Shown one piece after another: positions 1 to 13,097 of a DNA stretch of 64,000 bases; positions within the stretch are counted from its first letter, which is position 1; each line of letters opens with the position of its first letter. The notes below the pieces were generated by a model that saw only the letters and a program-made list of their open reading frames with translations, was not told the DNA's origin and searched no databases. A program made the position numbers and the translations under genes. This stretch comes from Harriotta raleighana (taxonomy: Eukaryota): positions 5,933,012 through 5,997,011 of the forward strand of contig JBNZDD010013687.1 of assembly GCA_050575255.1 (NCBI GenBank), given 5' to 3'.

Positions 1-298
1 TTTTTTTTACACAAAATTATATATGTACACACACACAATATACATGTAATTATAGTTACATAAAAATAAAAACATGTACTCATTGGCAGGACCTGGAAGG
101 GCAGACAAGTCACTAAGGGCAGGGACTCCGCTCCATTCCTGTTAACTCTGGAAGGCAAAGCCATAATGGGTAGGGTGGCCCTCGCTGCACAAGCAACGAG
201 AAAGCCTGCAGACAGTGCTTTCAATGGCAAGCTATGTAGTTTTACTGGTTAGATTCCACCCGGCTGACTTAAAAAAATGATAATGTGTATTTATTTAC

Positions 299-430
299 CA
301 GTTCCTTAGCTTCTGAGAGGAGATCTTCTGCATCGGAAAAACTGAAACTTGCCAGGGTGATGAACTGACTGACAACGGAGACAAACTTATCACTCGGCTG
401 TGGCACTTGGGTCTTCTGGTATTCCAGCTC
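299..430 (-). CDS. DAAM1: DAAM1 exon 24 (ELEYQKTQVPQPSDKFVSVVSQFITLASFSFSDAEDLLSEAKEL)
   Basis: 132 nt, acceptor gtttccacag, donor gtaaat; the gene continues beyond the window start. Confidence 0.96.
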
Positions 431-1395
431 CTGTGGAAACAAAAGGGAGTTGGTGTCAGCCTTCCCAACACCCTGCTCTGCTTTTTGGCTTTTTAAATTT
501 GTTCAATCAATAAAAGGCTTTACAAAACATGCAGCAAATTCAGTTGACTGAGCTACCCCGCAAAGGTTCTACTAGGTCACGCCGCTCTCAAGTATTCCAC
601 CCAAGTGTAGCTTGGCTGGGTGAGGCAAGGTGAAGTGGGGGGTGTGGGGGCAGGGGGAGCAAGGTAGGCCTTCCCCTTTAAAATGTCTGCAACAGTAGAC
701 GTGAGCATGAAAGCTAAATTTAAAAAAAACACACCCAAAAGCAACCATCAACCCAGAGCTGGACAATACGCTTCTTGTGACTGAAACATTAGCTGCTCAC
801 AATGCTCGCCCCCCCACAGTGATAGATAAGATTCTCCACCACCACCACTCGTAAATGCTGGCTTCAGCCTTTCACAGTAGCAGTGTTAAGTTTACTGTCC
901 GTGCCTTGCTCACGTTTGTGAGCGAGCGCATTGATCAGTCGCGCCATCCAACATCAGTATATGTACCAAGTCTGTCTCATTGCGTTAGGGCAGACAGGAG
1001 CTCCCCTCGAGCTCTGTTGGGGGAATTCTTTCCAGGACTGGAGTGCAAGCGCCAGCCGAGCGAGCGATATCGCAAGCGGATTGGGATTGCAGGAGGCGCT
1101 GCGGCCCTTAGCATGAGCAGAGAAACCCAAGCATTCAAAAAAGGTTCACAGACGTACAATGTGGAAAGGAAAAGGAGGAACACGTGCTCCCTAGGAAGGA
1201 AATCAAAGTCTCTTGTGAAGGGGAAACCGGATAGCACTAATCACTGGCAACGTTTCCCACCCACGGCTTCCTTTGGATGCTTTAATGAGAATAATTCTAC
1301 CCAGGGCTGTAATAAAATAATTATTGCTCCGTGATGATGGTGGTGTGTGGGGGCGGGGGAGGGGGGGGGAAGGAGGAACCAGAGGGATTGCTTAC

Positions 1396-1456
1396 ATTCT
1401 CCACTGCCTTCAGACCACTTCGCAGGTTGTTGACCTCCTTCTCCAGTTCTGTCATA
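1396..1456 (-). CDS. DAAM1: DAAM1 exon 23 (MTELEKEVNNLRSGLKAVEN)
   Basis: 61 nt, acceptor ttttttttcag, donor gtaagc. Confidence 0.96.
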
Positions 1457-2223
1457 CTGAAAAAAAAGTCAATTGAAGGATATCAAAGAGAGTTTAACTT
1501 CTAAAATCAAATCCCACTAAAGAATGGCCAATGTTAAAGAAGACCCCACCTCACCCCAATACTGCTCATTTCCTCCACCCTCACCCAAGTGACCCACTTG
1601 GGTCACTCACATTCGCTCACATTCCCAACGCAACCTAAACTGCTTGCTCTCATCTTTCACCTCTGATGGACTCAAATCTGTCCAGGGTAAGGACCTTTGG
1701 GATGTCCTCCTGACGTGAAAGGTGCTATACAAGTGTAATTTTATTGTTGTTGTTAAAGTCAATAAACTGGACAACAACAAGGAGACTGGGGAGGATGGTG
1801 ATGAGGGTGTGTGTGTGTGAAGCTATGCATGGACAATCCTTGAAGCTCTCTGAGACGCCGTCTGGCGTGGAGGGCGCTATATGAATCAAAGTTGTTTGTT
1901 GTATAGGATGTAGAGTTTTGGATGAAGGTTTCAGCAATGTTGGGCAAAACTTATGGATGGTTGGTGGGCGAGAGACAGGGACAATGTTGGGTGATATGAG
2001 GCAGATTTTTAAAAAGTTGCGGTCAGAGCCCGGAAGTGAGGTGCAAACCCTTTTAGCACCTACAAAGAACATCAGAAGACTCACTCAATTGTCAATATTT
2101 AAAGCAAAATTATACAAATTAATTTTTAAAAATCTGTTGGCCGCAGCATTTTTTTCAATTTTTTAAAAAAAAGTCAACTCTTTGAAACTAATAGGTGTGT
2201 TCCCATTTTTAACGAAGACTTAC

Positions 2224-2331
2224 TTCACTTTGGCAGCTTGGGGGATGCTCTTCAAGTCATCATGAATGTTCACCACTTTGGGATATTTCTTCTCCAGAAT
2301 TGTAATCAAATAGTGCAAAAGGGTAATGTTC
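2224..2331 (-). CDS. DAAM1: DAAM1 exon 22 (NITLLHYLITILEKKYPKVVNIHDDLKSIPQAAKV-N)
   Basis: 108 nt, acceptor ggttcccag, donor gtaagt; FH2 TLLHY motif. Confidence 0.96.
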
Positions 2332-3109
2332 CTGGGAACCAGAAGGCAAATCGTGAAGTAGTTTTGAAGCTGAGAAAGTGATACCAAGCTTGGAGAATCC
2401 TGATGCGTGGTTCACAGGCAGGTATTTAGCATCTACATGTATTCAAAGACCAGCTGAAGATGCCCACCTAAACCTTGCCAACTTTCTACAGCAGTAAAAA
2501 TGAGAACAAAAATGCACCCCGGCTCTCTGTTATGATCTGCTTCCATTCCGTGCATCTATTTGGATACATGCATGTTTCATTATGTAATCTGTACTCAGTT
2601 CTGGCCCAATTTGCACCAACAACGTAAGGTACTGTAATACTAATTCAGTCCAGGCTGTCAGCATTGGTCCATGTGTTCACCATTAAGATTACAAGAACGA
2701 GAGCCAATTATTGAGGGAGGGCAAAAGGCAGGCATCTAATCTCAGTTAGTGTAGGGGCAGGTTTGTTGAACTGCATGATTGTGTTGTGTGTGGGCATGAA
2801 TAAAACCGACATGAAAAACTCTTAACACATTTGGCTTCTCAAACTTCTTAAACTTACGGAGCTCCATAGTACAAATAGTTCCAATTCCCACCCCCCATCC
2901 AACACACACACACACAATCAGAAATATGTTTGCGGATAATAGGGAGCTGTTATGCTGAGATTAGTATTTGGGGAAAGCTTGGAGCAATTTCTTGGGAAAC
3001 TTGAGGTTTCTGCTCATGTCAGGATTTAACTTTGACATGCTGTAAATATTAATGACTCAAAGACAAAATTCCCATTGTAATCCAGACAGACTAATAGGTG
3101 GCATTAAAT

Positions 3110-3560
3110 GCTGTGTCTATGGAGGACTCTTCCTGTATACAGGACAATAATTTAGGTCTTTATAAACAAGTATAGGTCTTATATTATAAAATATAAGAGG
3201 TAATAAATCCATAGGAAGAATGACAGGGCCAGAGAGAGTGGTTTGATTGGATGAACTGGGCTTATTTTCATTCAAACAGAAGGAGGTTGGAGCGAGACTG
3301 ATCAAGGTCTTTAAAATTATACAAGATTTTGACAAGAGTCAACAGGGAGAAATTGTTTCCATTCACTGGTCACTGAGTCAGGTACTGGCGGGCAACAATT
3401 TAAGATAGTTAACAAGGGAGCAAAGGGGAGGGGTTTTTTTGTTTACAAAAAGTTCAAAGACATGGAAAGTTAATGACAATTCCCTTCAATCTGTGGCCGA
3501 GTTACAGACTCAGCTGTATAAACCTAGACCAAGAGTCATCAAAAGCAACAGAAACAACAA
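3110..3560 (+). mobile_element. Old CR1-type LINE fragment
   Basis: Degenerate GLFSFKQKE..RLIKVFKIIQDFD motif corresponding to the CR1 ORF2 C-terminus. Confidence 0.6.
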
Positions 3561-3704
3561 TCATGAACTTAAGTCTCCTCCAAAGGTTAACTTCAGACAC
3601 TGGGTGGACTCCAATGGTCACTCCAGCACATTCAGGGGGTAGTGACGTGAAGGGCACTCTACAAATGTAATTTTGCTGTTGTTGTAGCAGCAGCAATGCC
3701 TTAC

Positions 3705-3873
3705 TTGTCAATGCTGGACTTGGTGTCTGCAATTTTGTTGAGGCTGGAGAGTTTGAATCCATAGGCATTGCCTCTTTGTCCTTTGTTCATGTAGTTGCCA
3801 AAAGCCAAGACCACCTCGAGCAGCTGCTTTAGGGTTTTGCTCTGCAGAACTTGCTTGGAGCTCAGATGAATAG
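3705..3873 (-). CDS. DAAM1: DAAM1 exon 21 ([56 protein letters not shown])
   Basis: 169 nt, acceptor tttttgcag, donor gtaagg; FH2 core GNYMN motif. Confidence 0.97.
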
Positions 3874-4384
3874 CTGCAAAAAGAACGAGATGCCTTACTG
3901 CCTATAACATACTTCTAATAGCAACTAAAAGCATCTCATTTAGGAAAACAGTGCAAACATCGCAGGGAAAAATTTTTGCAGAATCCTCACTACATGTCAG
4001 TAAGAGTAGTCATTCCATATGATATAGCACCTTATCACTGAAACATTAATCAATCAAAATTACATTTATACAGCGCCTTTCATGTCAGGAGCACGTCCCA
4101 AGGCGCTGTACAGTCAAGTAGGGATCAAAGCGGGATGGGAGAGGGTCAGGGGAACGAAAAATTGACTGTATATTTGTGCGCGAAAAACGCGGCAGCCAAA
4201 TTGTGCACAGCGGTGTCCCACAAACAGTCACGGAAGTGGGGTTAGGGAAGAAAGGGGGTCAAGATGGCAAGGAGAGGGGGTCAGGGTATGGGGAAGGAGA
4301 ATAAGAAAAACGACTGTATATATGTGGGGGAAACGCAGCAGCCAAATTGCATACATCAGTGTCCCACAAACAGTGGTGAAAGTG

Positions 4385-4595
4385 GGGCCGGGGGAGAAAG
4401 GGAGGAAAGAGGGTAAGGAGGGAGACGGAGGGAAAGGTGGGGTGAGGTAAAATCAGAGAGGAAAGGGGGGGAGAAAGGGGGGCAAGGGGGAAATCAGGGA
4501 GGAAAAGGGGGGAGAAAGGAGAGCAAGGGAGAAGAGAGAGGGAAAGGTGGCTGGGGGGCAAAATCAGGGAGAAATGGGGAGAAAGGGGGAAGAGT
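4385..4595. repeat. GA-rich low-complexity tract with G-runs
   Basis: Imperfect aggggggagaaaggggg and aaaatcaggga units. Confidence 0.8.
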
Positions 4596-4990
4596 GTTTC
4601 GATGTCTCGAAACACTTCACTGGATTTTACTGAAAAGTGTAGCAACTCTTTGTGTTTTGTATAGGAACAATGACAGCCAATTTGCACACAGCAATGTCCC
4701 ACAAAATAGCCATGATGTGCATGACCAGTTTTGTTTGTGGGAATGTTGGCCAGGACACTGGGAGAAACTCCTTTCTCCTTCCGGGCAGTATCTGGGATCT
4801 TTAACGCCCACCTGAACAGGCAGACGGGATCTTGATTGAAGATGCACAGCAGGAATTAGTACAACAAATTTCTTCCCCAAAGAGGACAGCGAATGTTTCT
4901 AAGGCTAAAAATGGCCCAGGCTAAAAAAAAAACACACACCACACACAAACAGTTCAACAGTGTTCCCAAATACAAGAGTGGGAGTCGTAC

Positions 4991-5079
4991 CTTCAATCTT
5001 GGGTTTCACTTCAGCTACCCTTTCAGCAAATTTCTTCTTGAAGTATAGGGACTGCAGCCTCTGCTGGTAGTGAGGAATT
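4991..5079 (-). CDS. DAAM1: DAAM1 exon 20 ([30 protein letters not shown])
   Basis: 89 nt, purine-rich acceptor ggaaaaaacag, donor gtacga. Confidence 0.95.
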
Positions 5080-5963
5080 CTGTTTTTTCCAAAAAAAAGC
5101 TGATTTAGATAGTTTCAAAGATGAATGGGTTCTGGCCGTCGGCAATTCTGTTCAAGGTTCCTTCCTATCACGTAGTTCCCGCAACGAGTTTCAATTTGAA
5201 CCTATTTCCTTTCTACCTAGGAACACTTTAACAAAACGGGTGTGTTATCCTGTCGTTCGCTGGGTTGGAAAACGGATGTCCGTTAGTCAGGAACACTTCT
5301 CCACTTTGTGTGGAAAGTAAAACTCGATGCAAACCAACCTGGTGCATGCTGATTCAAAAAAGTGCATGCGGGTAAGATTGAAAGATTTACTGCAAGGATT
5401 TTTTTCCCCTGTTAACACAGTGTGTTACCACAAAAAAGTTTGCATTTTAAAAAAAAATCTCATATCCACCATTTGTCTGATGTGGAAATCAAGTCAGGCT
5501 GTGATATGGGGAATGTTTTACTAGTGCGTGCTAGTATTCAGGATTGTGATGTCAATGGAGTGGGCGGTGAGAGGCGAATATAAGATTAGAGCTACAGAGA
5601 AAGAGAGATAGATGCTCTCAGTTAGAGATACAGCGCAAGTGGCACACAAAAACAGAGATAAAGAGACAGTGAGGAGACACACACACACACACAAAATAAA
5701 GCGAGAGAAAGACATCCACACACCACGTGAATAACCATCAAGAGCAGAAATATCAGTAGATTTTCCCTTCCCTACACCCAGAAAGCGAATGAACGAAAAC
5801 TGAAGTGCCAGATGTTTGTTGTCAGATCACATAAACCCTTACACAGCGCAAGGAATTGAGAGGTGGTGGTGAAGCCCCAGTTTACAAATAACAAATCCAC
5901 AAAGTAAATCTACTTTGCCGACAGACTTGCAAGGTCATGCCAGCCCCAGGCCTGGCTACGTAC

Positions 5964-6070
5964 CTGCTCATCTCATACAAAAAACGGTCTGCTTTCGCCA
6001 TGCGATCGATCTCGTGTTTATGCTCCGACAGAAGATCAACATCACTTTTCTCGGGGACAAATTTCAGGAG
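5964..6070 (-). CDS. DAAM1: DAAM1 exon 19 ([36 protein letters not shown])
   Basis: 107 nt, acceptor cctttccag, donor gtacgt. Confidence 0.96.
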
Positions 6071-9000
6071 CTGGAAAGGAAAATCACGTACCAATTAGCA
6101 GCACCTTAAACTCTCCTTTTCTGTCCAGAGGACTCAGCAAAGCACTTTCTTCACCCTAACACCAAAGAAATGCTGAAAACCTTCTTGCAAGTGAAAGGTT
6201 AAAATGGCAGCAAGTTATTAATTTACATTCAAGAGTCTCCCCGCAGCATAATAATAATCCTTGCAATTGATGTAGCACTTTATCACATCGTTGAGACATC
6301 GCAAAGTGTTCCACAGAATATATATAGTTCAGGAAATGAGCCAGTGCATGGTCACAGAGCAGTCTTTTCATTTCTGGTGACCAATCCAGCTAGAATGGAT
6401 AGCTTAGACACACACAGCGTTGAATAGAAGTTTTTCACAGGAACGCCTTTTCTACAGTGCTTGCGTTCACCTCTCCCCTCCCGCTGGCTCAACTTTGTGC
6501 TCTGCCACTGTCAATTGCTCTGAGACCCTACCTTGTGTGAGTTGGGGGGGTGGGCTTTATAAATACAAGTTGTGATGTTGAATAATGAAACAATCCACTA
6601 GAGAGAGAGGTTGAGCAATTCTACTTATTGTTTCCAGATTGATGATTCTCTCAGGAGTCACAAACACATTTGTGTTTCTTTTATATCCGTGGCAGTGTTG
6701 TAAATCTGCATTGCTATGTGCTACATGTCCCTACCTCTTATCTTACCCTAGTGCAAATTTGGAAATACATCTACAGCTCGAATGAGTCAGAGAGAAATTT
6801 ATAAAAGACAGCAACAATTTAAAATTACAGTACTGCGTTCTAAAAGTACCATTTGAGATGGTTCTAGGAACATCAAAGTAATCCCAGTCTGCACACACAA
6901 ACACATTATGGGAGAAGCCGTTGAATAGAAGTTTATTTGATGATCTGTTTCAGTGCAAAGGTTAATGTTTCAAAGTAGCATTTCAACACCACCACTGAAA
7001 ATAACTGAAGCTTTTCACAGAAACACCATGAGCATCTCAATGCCTTTCTTACTAGAAGCATATTTTAAACAAAAAGATTGCCAGCCTAGCCTACCCGTAG
7101 CTTGGGAGACTTTGTAATTCATTCCAATTTGTCAGCCAATGGCAACTTCGACTAGTTACCCACATCAGAAGAGCAAACAAACCCTGGGGCAGCCACGTCT
7201 TACAATAATAACTGCATTTGATATAGCCCCTTATCACATCATTGAGTTGTCTCAAAAGTGCTTTGCAGGATGTACTGTAATATTAATCGCTGCTGCAGTG
7301 TATTTTTTCTTGTGGGCAAACGTGGCAGCCAGTTTGTGCACAGCAACAGCCTGCGAACAGCCCTGAAGTCCTTTGCCATTTTCTGAGCTCCGCCAGTTTA
7401 CCCTCAATTCATGAGTCACAAAATCCTATTCAGCAGAACCTGAGTCTCATCCTGCAAAGCAAGTTATATAAGTTTGACGTAGCTGAGAAATTCTCCTGAT
7501 ACTCAGTAGGTAGTAACAATCATCTTCGGGTTAACACTTTGGAATGCATTGTAGATGCGTGGCACATGCATCAGCTTGCTTTTGTTCATTGAAAATACCG
7601 AGGATCCTCATCTATCTGGCCTACATTATGAAGCTCCCCACCCTCCCCCCACTCCCACCGCCTCTCTTCCCCCCCCCACCCATACACACCACCTAACCTT
7701 TTGATTCATGCAATCTTGAAAGAACCAGTTTATTTTGTTCAACTTTTAAAGTGTAACCAGCTGGGTCAGTAATGGCAGTCAGATGTGGTACAAAAAGGAG
7801 CAGACATGATGAAAGGAGAAGCAATGAAAGATGCAGGAGATTCCCACAAAGCAATAGTCCAGCTCCTGTCACCCTGGTCCATGTTACACGTGTCAAAAGC
7901 GGACAGGGAAATGGAGCACTTGGTTCCAGTTTGCGGTTACACTTCAGGCATGAAGAGGTTTGGTAAAAGAGTGGCTTTCGGATTAAAAGATCTCTTAAAA
8001 TCACAAGATTGTCTTGGATGAAGAAGGTTCTTCAGCTAATCCGATCTCAACATTCCAGAACACCGACCAACTCCTATCATAGCGTGTGTGTTTTAATTTA
8101 TGAAACCACCCTTCCTGACAACCTTTTCCAGTAGTTAATTTCCCCTCCAGTTAAGAAACTCTTCCTCGTGTCAGTCCTGAAATTGCCCTTTCCAACTCTA
8201 AACATGTGTCCTCATGTCCTGCTGATTCAGTGCATACGGTTTCAATTCACAACCATTTGTGAGACACTGCTGAGCACAATTGGCTGCCACATTTCACCCA
8301 CAAAATATACAGTCAATTAATTTTACAGTATATTCTGTGATGTGCTTCGAGACATCTTGAAGGCGTGATAAGGCTCAATATCAAATGCAAGGATTTATTA
8401 TTAATATTATCATTATCATCATCACAAAGTATTGTTCTGGGTTTTCTTTCTCATAATCCCATGTAAAACCTTCGAATGACCTCCTCTGAGCCTTAATTTC
8501 TTGCGCTCCTAAATCATTGAAGAAGTAACTTTAATCTGAAATTGCAAGATATTTGGCTGTGTTTTTTAAAGTATGATTGAAATATTAATAAAAAAATAAA
8601 ATGCAACATGATCGTATATGTTGAGACCACTGATGACTTCAAAATACACAAGACCACAAGCTTCTAAATAAATGGGCACATGCTAAGACATAAACCTATT
8701 TACTGGTATGTTTAATACCAATATAATTATTTGCTGTGTTAAAGTGGCTGCTACATTCACCTACAAATACACAATCCTGGAGGAACTCACTGCTTATCTA
8801 ATTCTATAAAGTATCAGGCACAGGTTGGCAAGAGCCGAGGCTCAGTGACCCCAGAGTGTGCATTTTGGTACTGCTGGAATCTAACCAGCTAAAAAGGGCT
8901 TCAAGATGGTTTGATGACCCAGCATGAACAATAATTTACCTGCTCCCTTCACGTCGGAAGGACGTCTCAAAATGCTTCACACAGTTGACTTGGCACCTGA

Positions 9001-9123
9001 GTATGGAGGCTAAGGAGCTATAATAAATGCCAAGTTGATTATCAATAATGAATAATTATCATTATAACAAAAATCACACACATTCAACAGCAAACGCCGT
9101 CGGCAAACATAAAGCTAGCTTAC

Positions 9124-9208
9124 CTGTTCAAGCATGTCCTTGGGCAGATCCTCCTGCTCATCCATTGTTAAAATGGCGCGTTTTATCTCCTCATTTGACA
9201 ACTTTAAC
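9124..9208 (-). CDS. DAAM1: DAAM1 exon 18 ([28 protein letters not shown])
   Basis: 85 nt, acceptor tcttcttccag, donor gtaagc. Confidence 0.96.
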
Positions 9209-9924
9209 CTGGAAGAAGAGAGAGATGCAGAATTCAATTCAAGAATTATGGAAAGATCGCAACGGCAAAGCAACCCCGCACCCCCCACCTCACAAATCCA
9301 GTTGGTTTCGTTACAACACACCTGTTCACAGCATGCTGAGCGTTTTGTACAGTATTTAGTTTATAGACTCTTCATGAATTGTTTCTAATGGAGCTGCCTC
9401 CCAAGTCACCAGCAGCAATAGGGTCTTAGGCAATTATGGAGGTCGATGTGCAGGTATTCAGCAGCAGAAGATGACAGGGCACGTACTGCCTTAGATGTTG
9501 CAATTGGTCGCAGAAGTGGGCGAGGAATCACCAAGAATGCTGTGCCGACCCACGGAGCACTTAAGACTGATTTGCTTGGCTGCCCTCCCCCAACCCACCA
9601 CCCACCAACCCCTTATTCCCCCACACAACAGCCGGTGAACCCATCACACAGTCAGGGGCTCGCTGGGCTCCATGTGGTCGTGTATCAAAATGGGATGAAG
9701 AGCGAACTCAAAAAAAATATCCATCCTTACCCTCCACCCACCTCATTCCTACTTCATGTTCACATAGGACCGGGAATGGATTAAGAATTTAATCCCGTTA
9801 AGAAAACCCGTTAAAATTTTAACTTTTAGTGAGAAATGAACCAGTGAGAAATCTCTCCACTCAGTGAATTTTTTGTGACAAATTCTTTATTTCAGTATTT
9901 GGAATATTTATGTCTCTCAGTGGT

Positions 9925-10235
9925 TGTGGAGAACTGTAGCTCAGTGATTAGAGCACTCGCCTTACAAACGAGGGACCTGGGTTCAATTCCAGGCAGAGCG
10001 AAACCTTGGGCAAGTTTCTTTACTCCACGCGCTTAATAATAATCCATTAAAAAAATTAAAATTGCTAATTTCAATCCAATCCACAACTGTCTGTGGGACA
10101 CTGCTGTCTGCAATTGGCTGCCGCATTTCGCCCAGAAATGTACAGTAAATTCACTTTACAGTATATTCTGGGAAGTGCCTTGAGACATGCAGAAGACATG
10201 AAAAGCGCTATATCAAATGAAATATTATTATTATT
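9925..10235 (+). mobile_element. Full-length tRNA-derived SINE with Deu-like core and L2-like tail
   Basis: A box tagctcagtga..ag, B box ggttcaattcc, core ctgctgtctgcaattggctgccgcatttc, tail gtgccttgagac..aaagcgctatatcaaatg(att)n. Confidence 0.88.
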
Positions 10236-12990
10236 AAGTGTTGCTGCTGGACTGAGGGAGTTACTGAGGTAGACAGTTGAACTACCTCAAGTAGACAGTC
10301 ATTAACACAAATGCTTCAGCCATTGGCTTATTTCAACCATGCAGATTCGATTATTTTTCTCCTCACACGCTCCACCACACCAACCACTTGAAGCCAACTT
10401 CCCGATGTCATCAGTATTTAAATAAAATGAAACCCACTCCCAGACACAAAGAGAAACAGAAGAGGTTGTGTGGGCACGGTTAATGATAATTCATTGAGAT
10501 TGTTCAAAAGGTTACAGATCCGGATATCGGCAAAAGGAATCTTAAGGCTCATTTACCACTGAAAGTGCGGCCACATTTGGGAGAGACCAACCATCAGTGA
10601 GCATTTACCTTCAAGGCAAAGAGCACCACCAAAGTAAGTGGTCGTTTCACCAGCACTCAGAGTGTATCCACCTCTACCGTGGATCCTAGGGAGAGGGCCA
10701 GGAAACAGATGAGAAGCCTGGCCCTTGGCTGGTTGGAGGCGAAAGCATCTCCAGACACTTCCGCACAGGCATTCTCATTATCCATGTGAAGTGCTACTAG
10801 ACATCCTGCTGCATACATACAAGCTCAAGCTATAGTAATAATCCTTGCATTTGATATAGCATCTTTCATGTTGACAGGACATCCCAAAGTGCTTTATAGA
10901 TGAAGTCACACTGTACTTTGTATCTTAATGACCCTTTCCCTGATCAAGAACAAAGCTAAAGCACAGATAACTATTGCTCTCAGTTATTGCTGTAACTATT
11001 CATAAATTATTGTTAGATAAGGCTTTCGTGGGAAATGGGATATAGGCGGGTATTTGGAGTTAAGATAATTAATAATAATAATCCTTACATTTGATAAAGC
11101 GCTTTTCATATGTTATCGACGTCTCAAAGCACATCACGGTCTATACTGTCAAGTGAATTGACAGTATATTTGTGGGCAAAACGCGTCAGCCAATTGCGCA
11201 GAGCGGTGTCCCGCAAACAGTTATGAATTGAAATGACCAATTTTATTAACGTAGAGATCAGACAACACCAACTTGGATTTATATAGTGCCCTCCACGCCG
11301 GATGGCATCTCAGTAACATGATCTAATGGAATGGCTTGAGGGGCCGAATGGCCTATTCGCTTGTTTCTACGTTCCTATAACTAGACGGCAAGTACAACTG
11401 GAGCAGAGGAAGAGGAGGCAATTCAGCTACTACCAGTTTATTAAATCATGGCAGATCTTTTAATCTCATTTCCTTGCCTTTTAATAGCCAGTTAAGCATC
11501 TCAGTTGATTTTGCCTCTACAGCCTTCAGGGGCTAATAAGTGTTCTGTTTCATGCTCACCGGACAGTCAAAAGAGAAAGAACATTACAAAAGGCCTTTTA
11601 ATATTGACATTCCCAGATAAGGACTGACTCTGAACCTCGTCACATGCGCTGCCAAACAGCAAAACGTCAGAGCAGCTGTAGATAGTGAATGCATTTATCT
11701 GCCTGACCTACATAGTCCCAGCTCATCACCATGACCTTCACAATGCTATACTTTGGGGGCCAAAGCATTACAACACAGAAAAAAATCTAAAAAGAGGGCA
11801 TTGAAAGAGAAACCCATGTGACCTGGGGTGAATTTACACTTTCATTTAAGGTGATTTCCCCCCGCTCCCCCAAAGAAAACAAACATTTTGGGCTTTGCAG
11901 AAAGCAAATTAGTTACGTCCTGCAAAAATGCAAAATAGACTCACAGGAGGAATGAAAACCACGTTGTGTTTGATTTATCACCAACTCCCATTTAAGCGGG
12001 AGCTTTCAGGAACAAAGAGCAACACTGGACCAGAAGTTCATAGCCTGCAGAGCATCAATTATTATTAAGATTATTTTCAATAATAATGCATTTGGTATAA
12101 TGCCTTTCACATTAGGAAGTCATCTCAAACAACCCACAGGATATATATTGTAAAGTGGAATGATTGCTTTGTGGATGAATACAATAGTCTAATACTTATT
12201 GTGTTTAATTTAGTGCCTGTAATGTCAAAATGTCTCAAAAGCTCGTAATTGATATTAAGGCTTTTACATCATGAAGCTTTAGAAGCTCAGCCAATTGCCT
12301 TGCGGTGGTAGTGAGGAAAGGCTGATGTCTTATATTCAACATAGTTAGTGATGAATTCTTCTTAAGCTTTCAGCAATTATTGTACCACTGCATCCAATAC
12401 TTGTCAGATGCACAAAATATACCGGTCTAACAATCTGTCAGTATACCCTGTCATTCATTCCAGCAAATGACAAAAACAATAACTCTCTTCAAACTAGACA
12501 TGGACCCAACATCATTGCAGATTCATAGCTGTTTGTGAGGCATTGTTGCACACAAAATGGCTGCCATATTTTCCTATACAATTATCTGTCATTACACTTT
12601 GCAGTAAATCCTGTGATGTGATAAGGCTCAAATGCAAGGATTATTATTAATAATTCATATATAATCCTCTAAAAACAAAGACCCTAAGTAAAAAAGCTCC
12701 CGTGATGCGTAAAGCTCAGTTACACCCACAAAAATACACAACCAATACACTACGCAATATATTCAATGAAACTCTATGAGACACCGTGATGTGTTAAGAC
12801 AGCATATCAAATGCAAGGATTATTATAATTATCATCAATGGGGTTATTGTGTGTGAAGGAAGTGAAGTATGAACCCGTACAAACCAAAAGATCCCAAGTT
12901 CAGTTGCCAGTTAACTCTCGTCAACCCAAGGAGGAGAAGGGGTGGAAAAGAGACAGCAGTATATTCAACAGGTAAACATCAAGTATTTAC

Positions 12991-13097
12991 CTTGAGAGAA
13001 GGATATTGCAATTCTGGGCTCTTCTCCCATCGATTACGGATAGCTCCTTGACCTTTTTGGTGGAATTTAACGTGTCTTCATTCGCTTCCGTCTCTTT
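12991..13097 (-). CDS. DAAM1: DAAM1 exon 17 ([36 protein letters not shown])
   Basis: 107 nt, acceptor atgtcgcag, donor gtaaat; contains the FH2 actin-binding Ile (NCNI). Confidence 0.96.

Noticed and set aside
855-1334. 159-aa plus-strand ORF
   Set aside because: No recognisable domain and antisense within an intron; explained by local GC richness.
9930-10000. tRNA-like sequence with A and B boxes (also near 32850, 38220, 54725, 60970)
   Set aside because: SINE heads followed by SINE body sequence; not tRNA genes.
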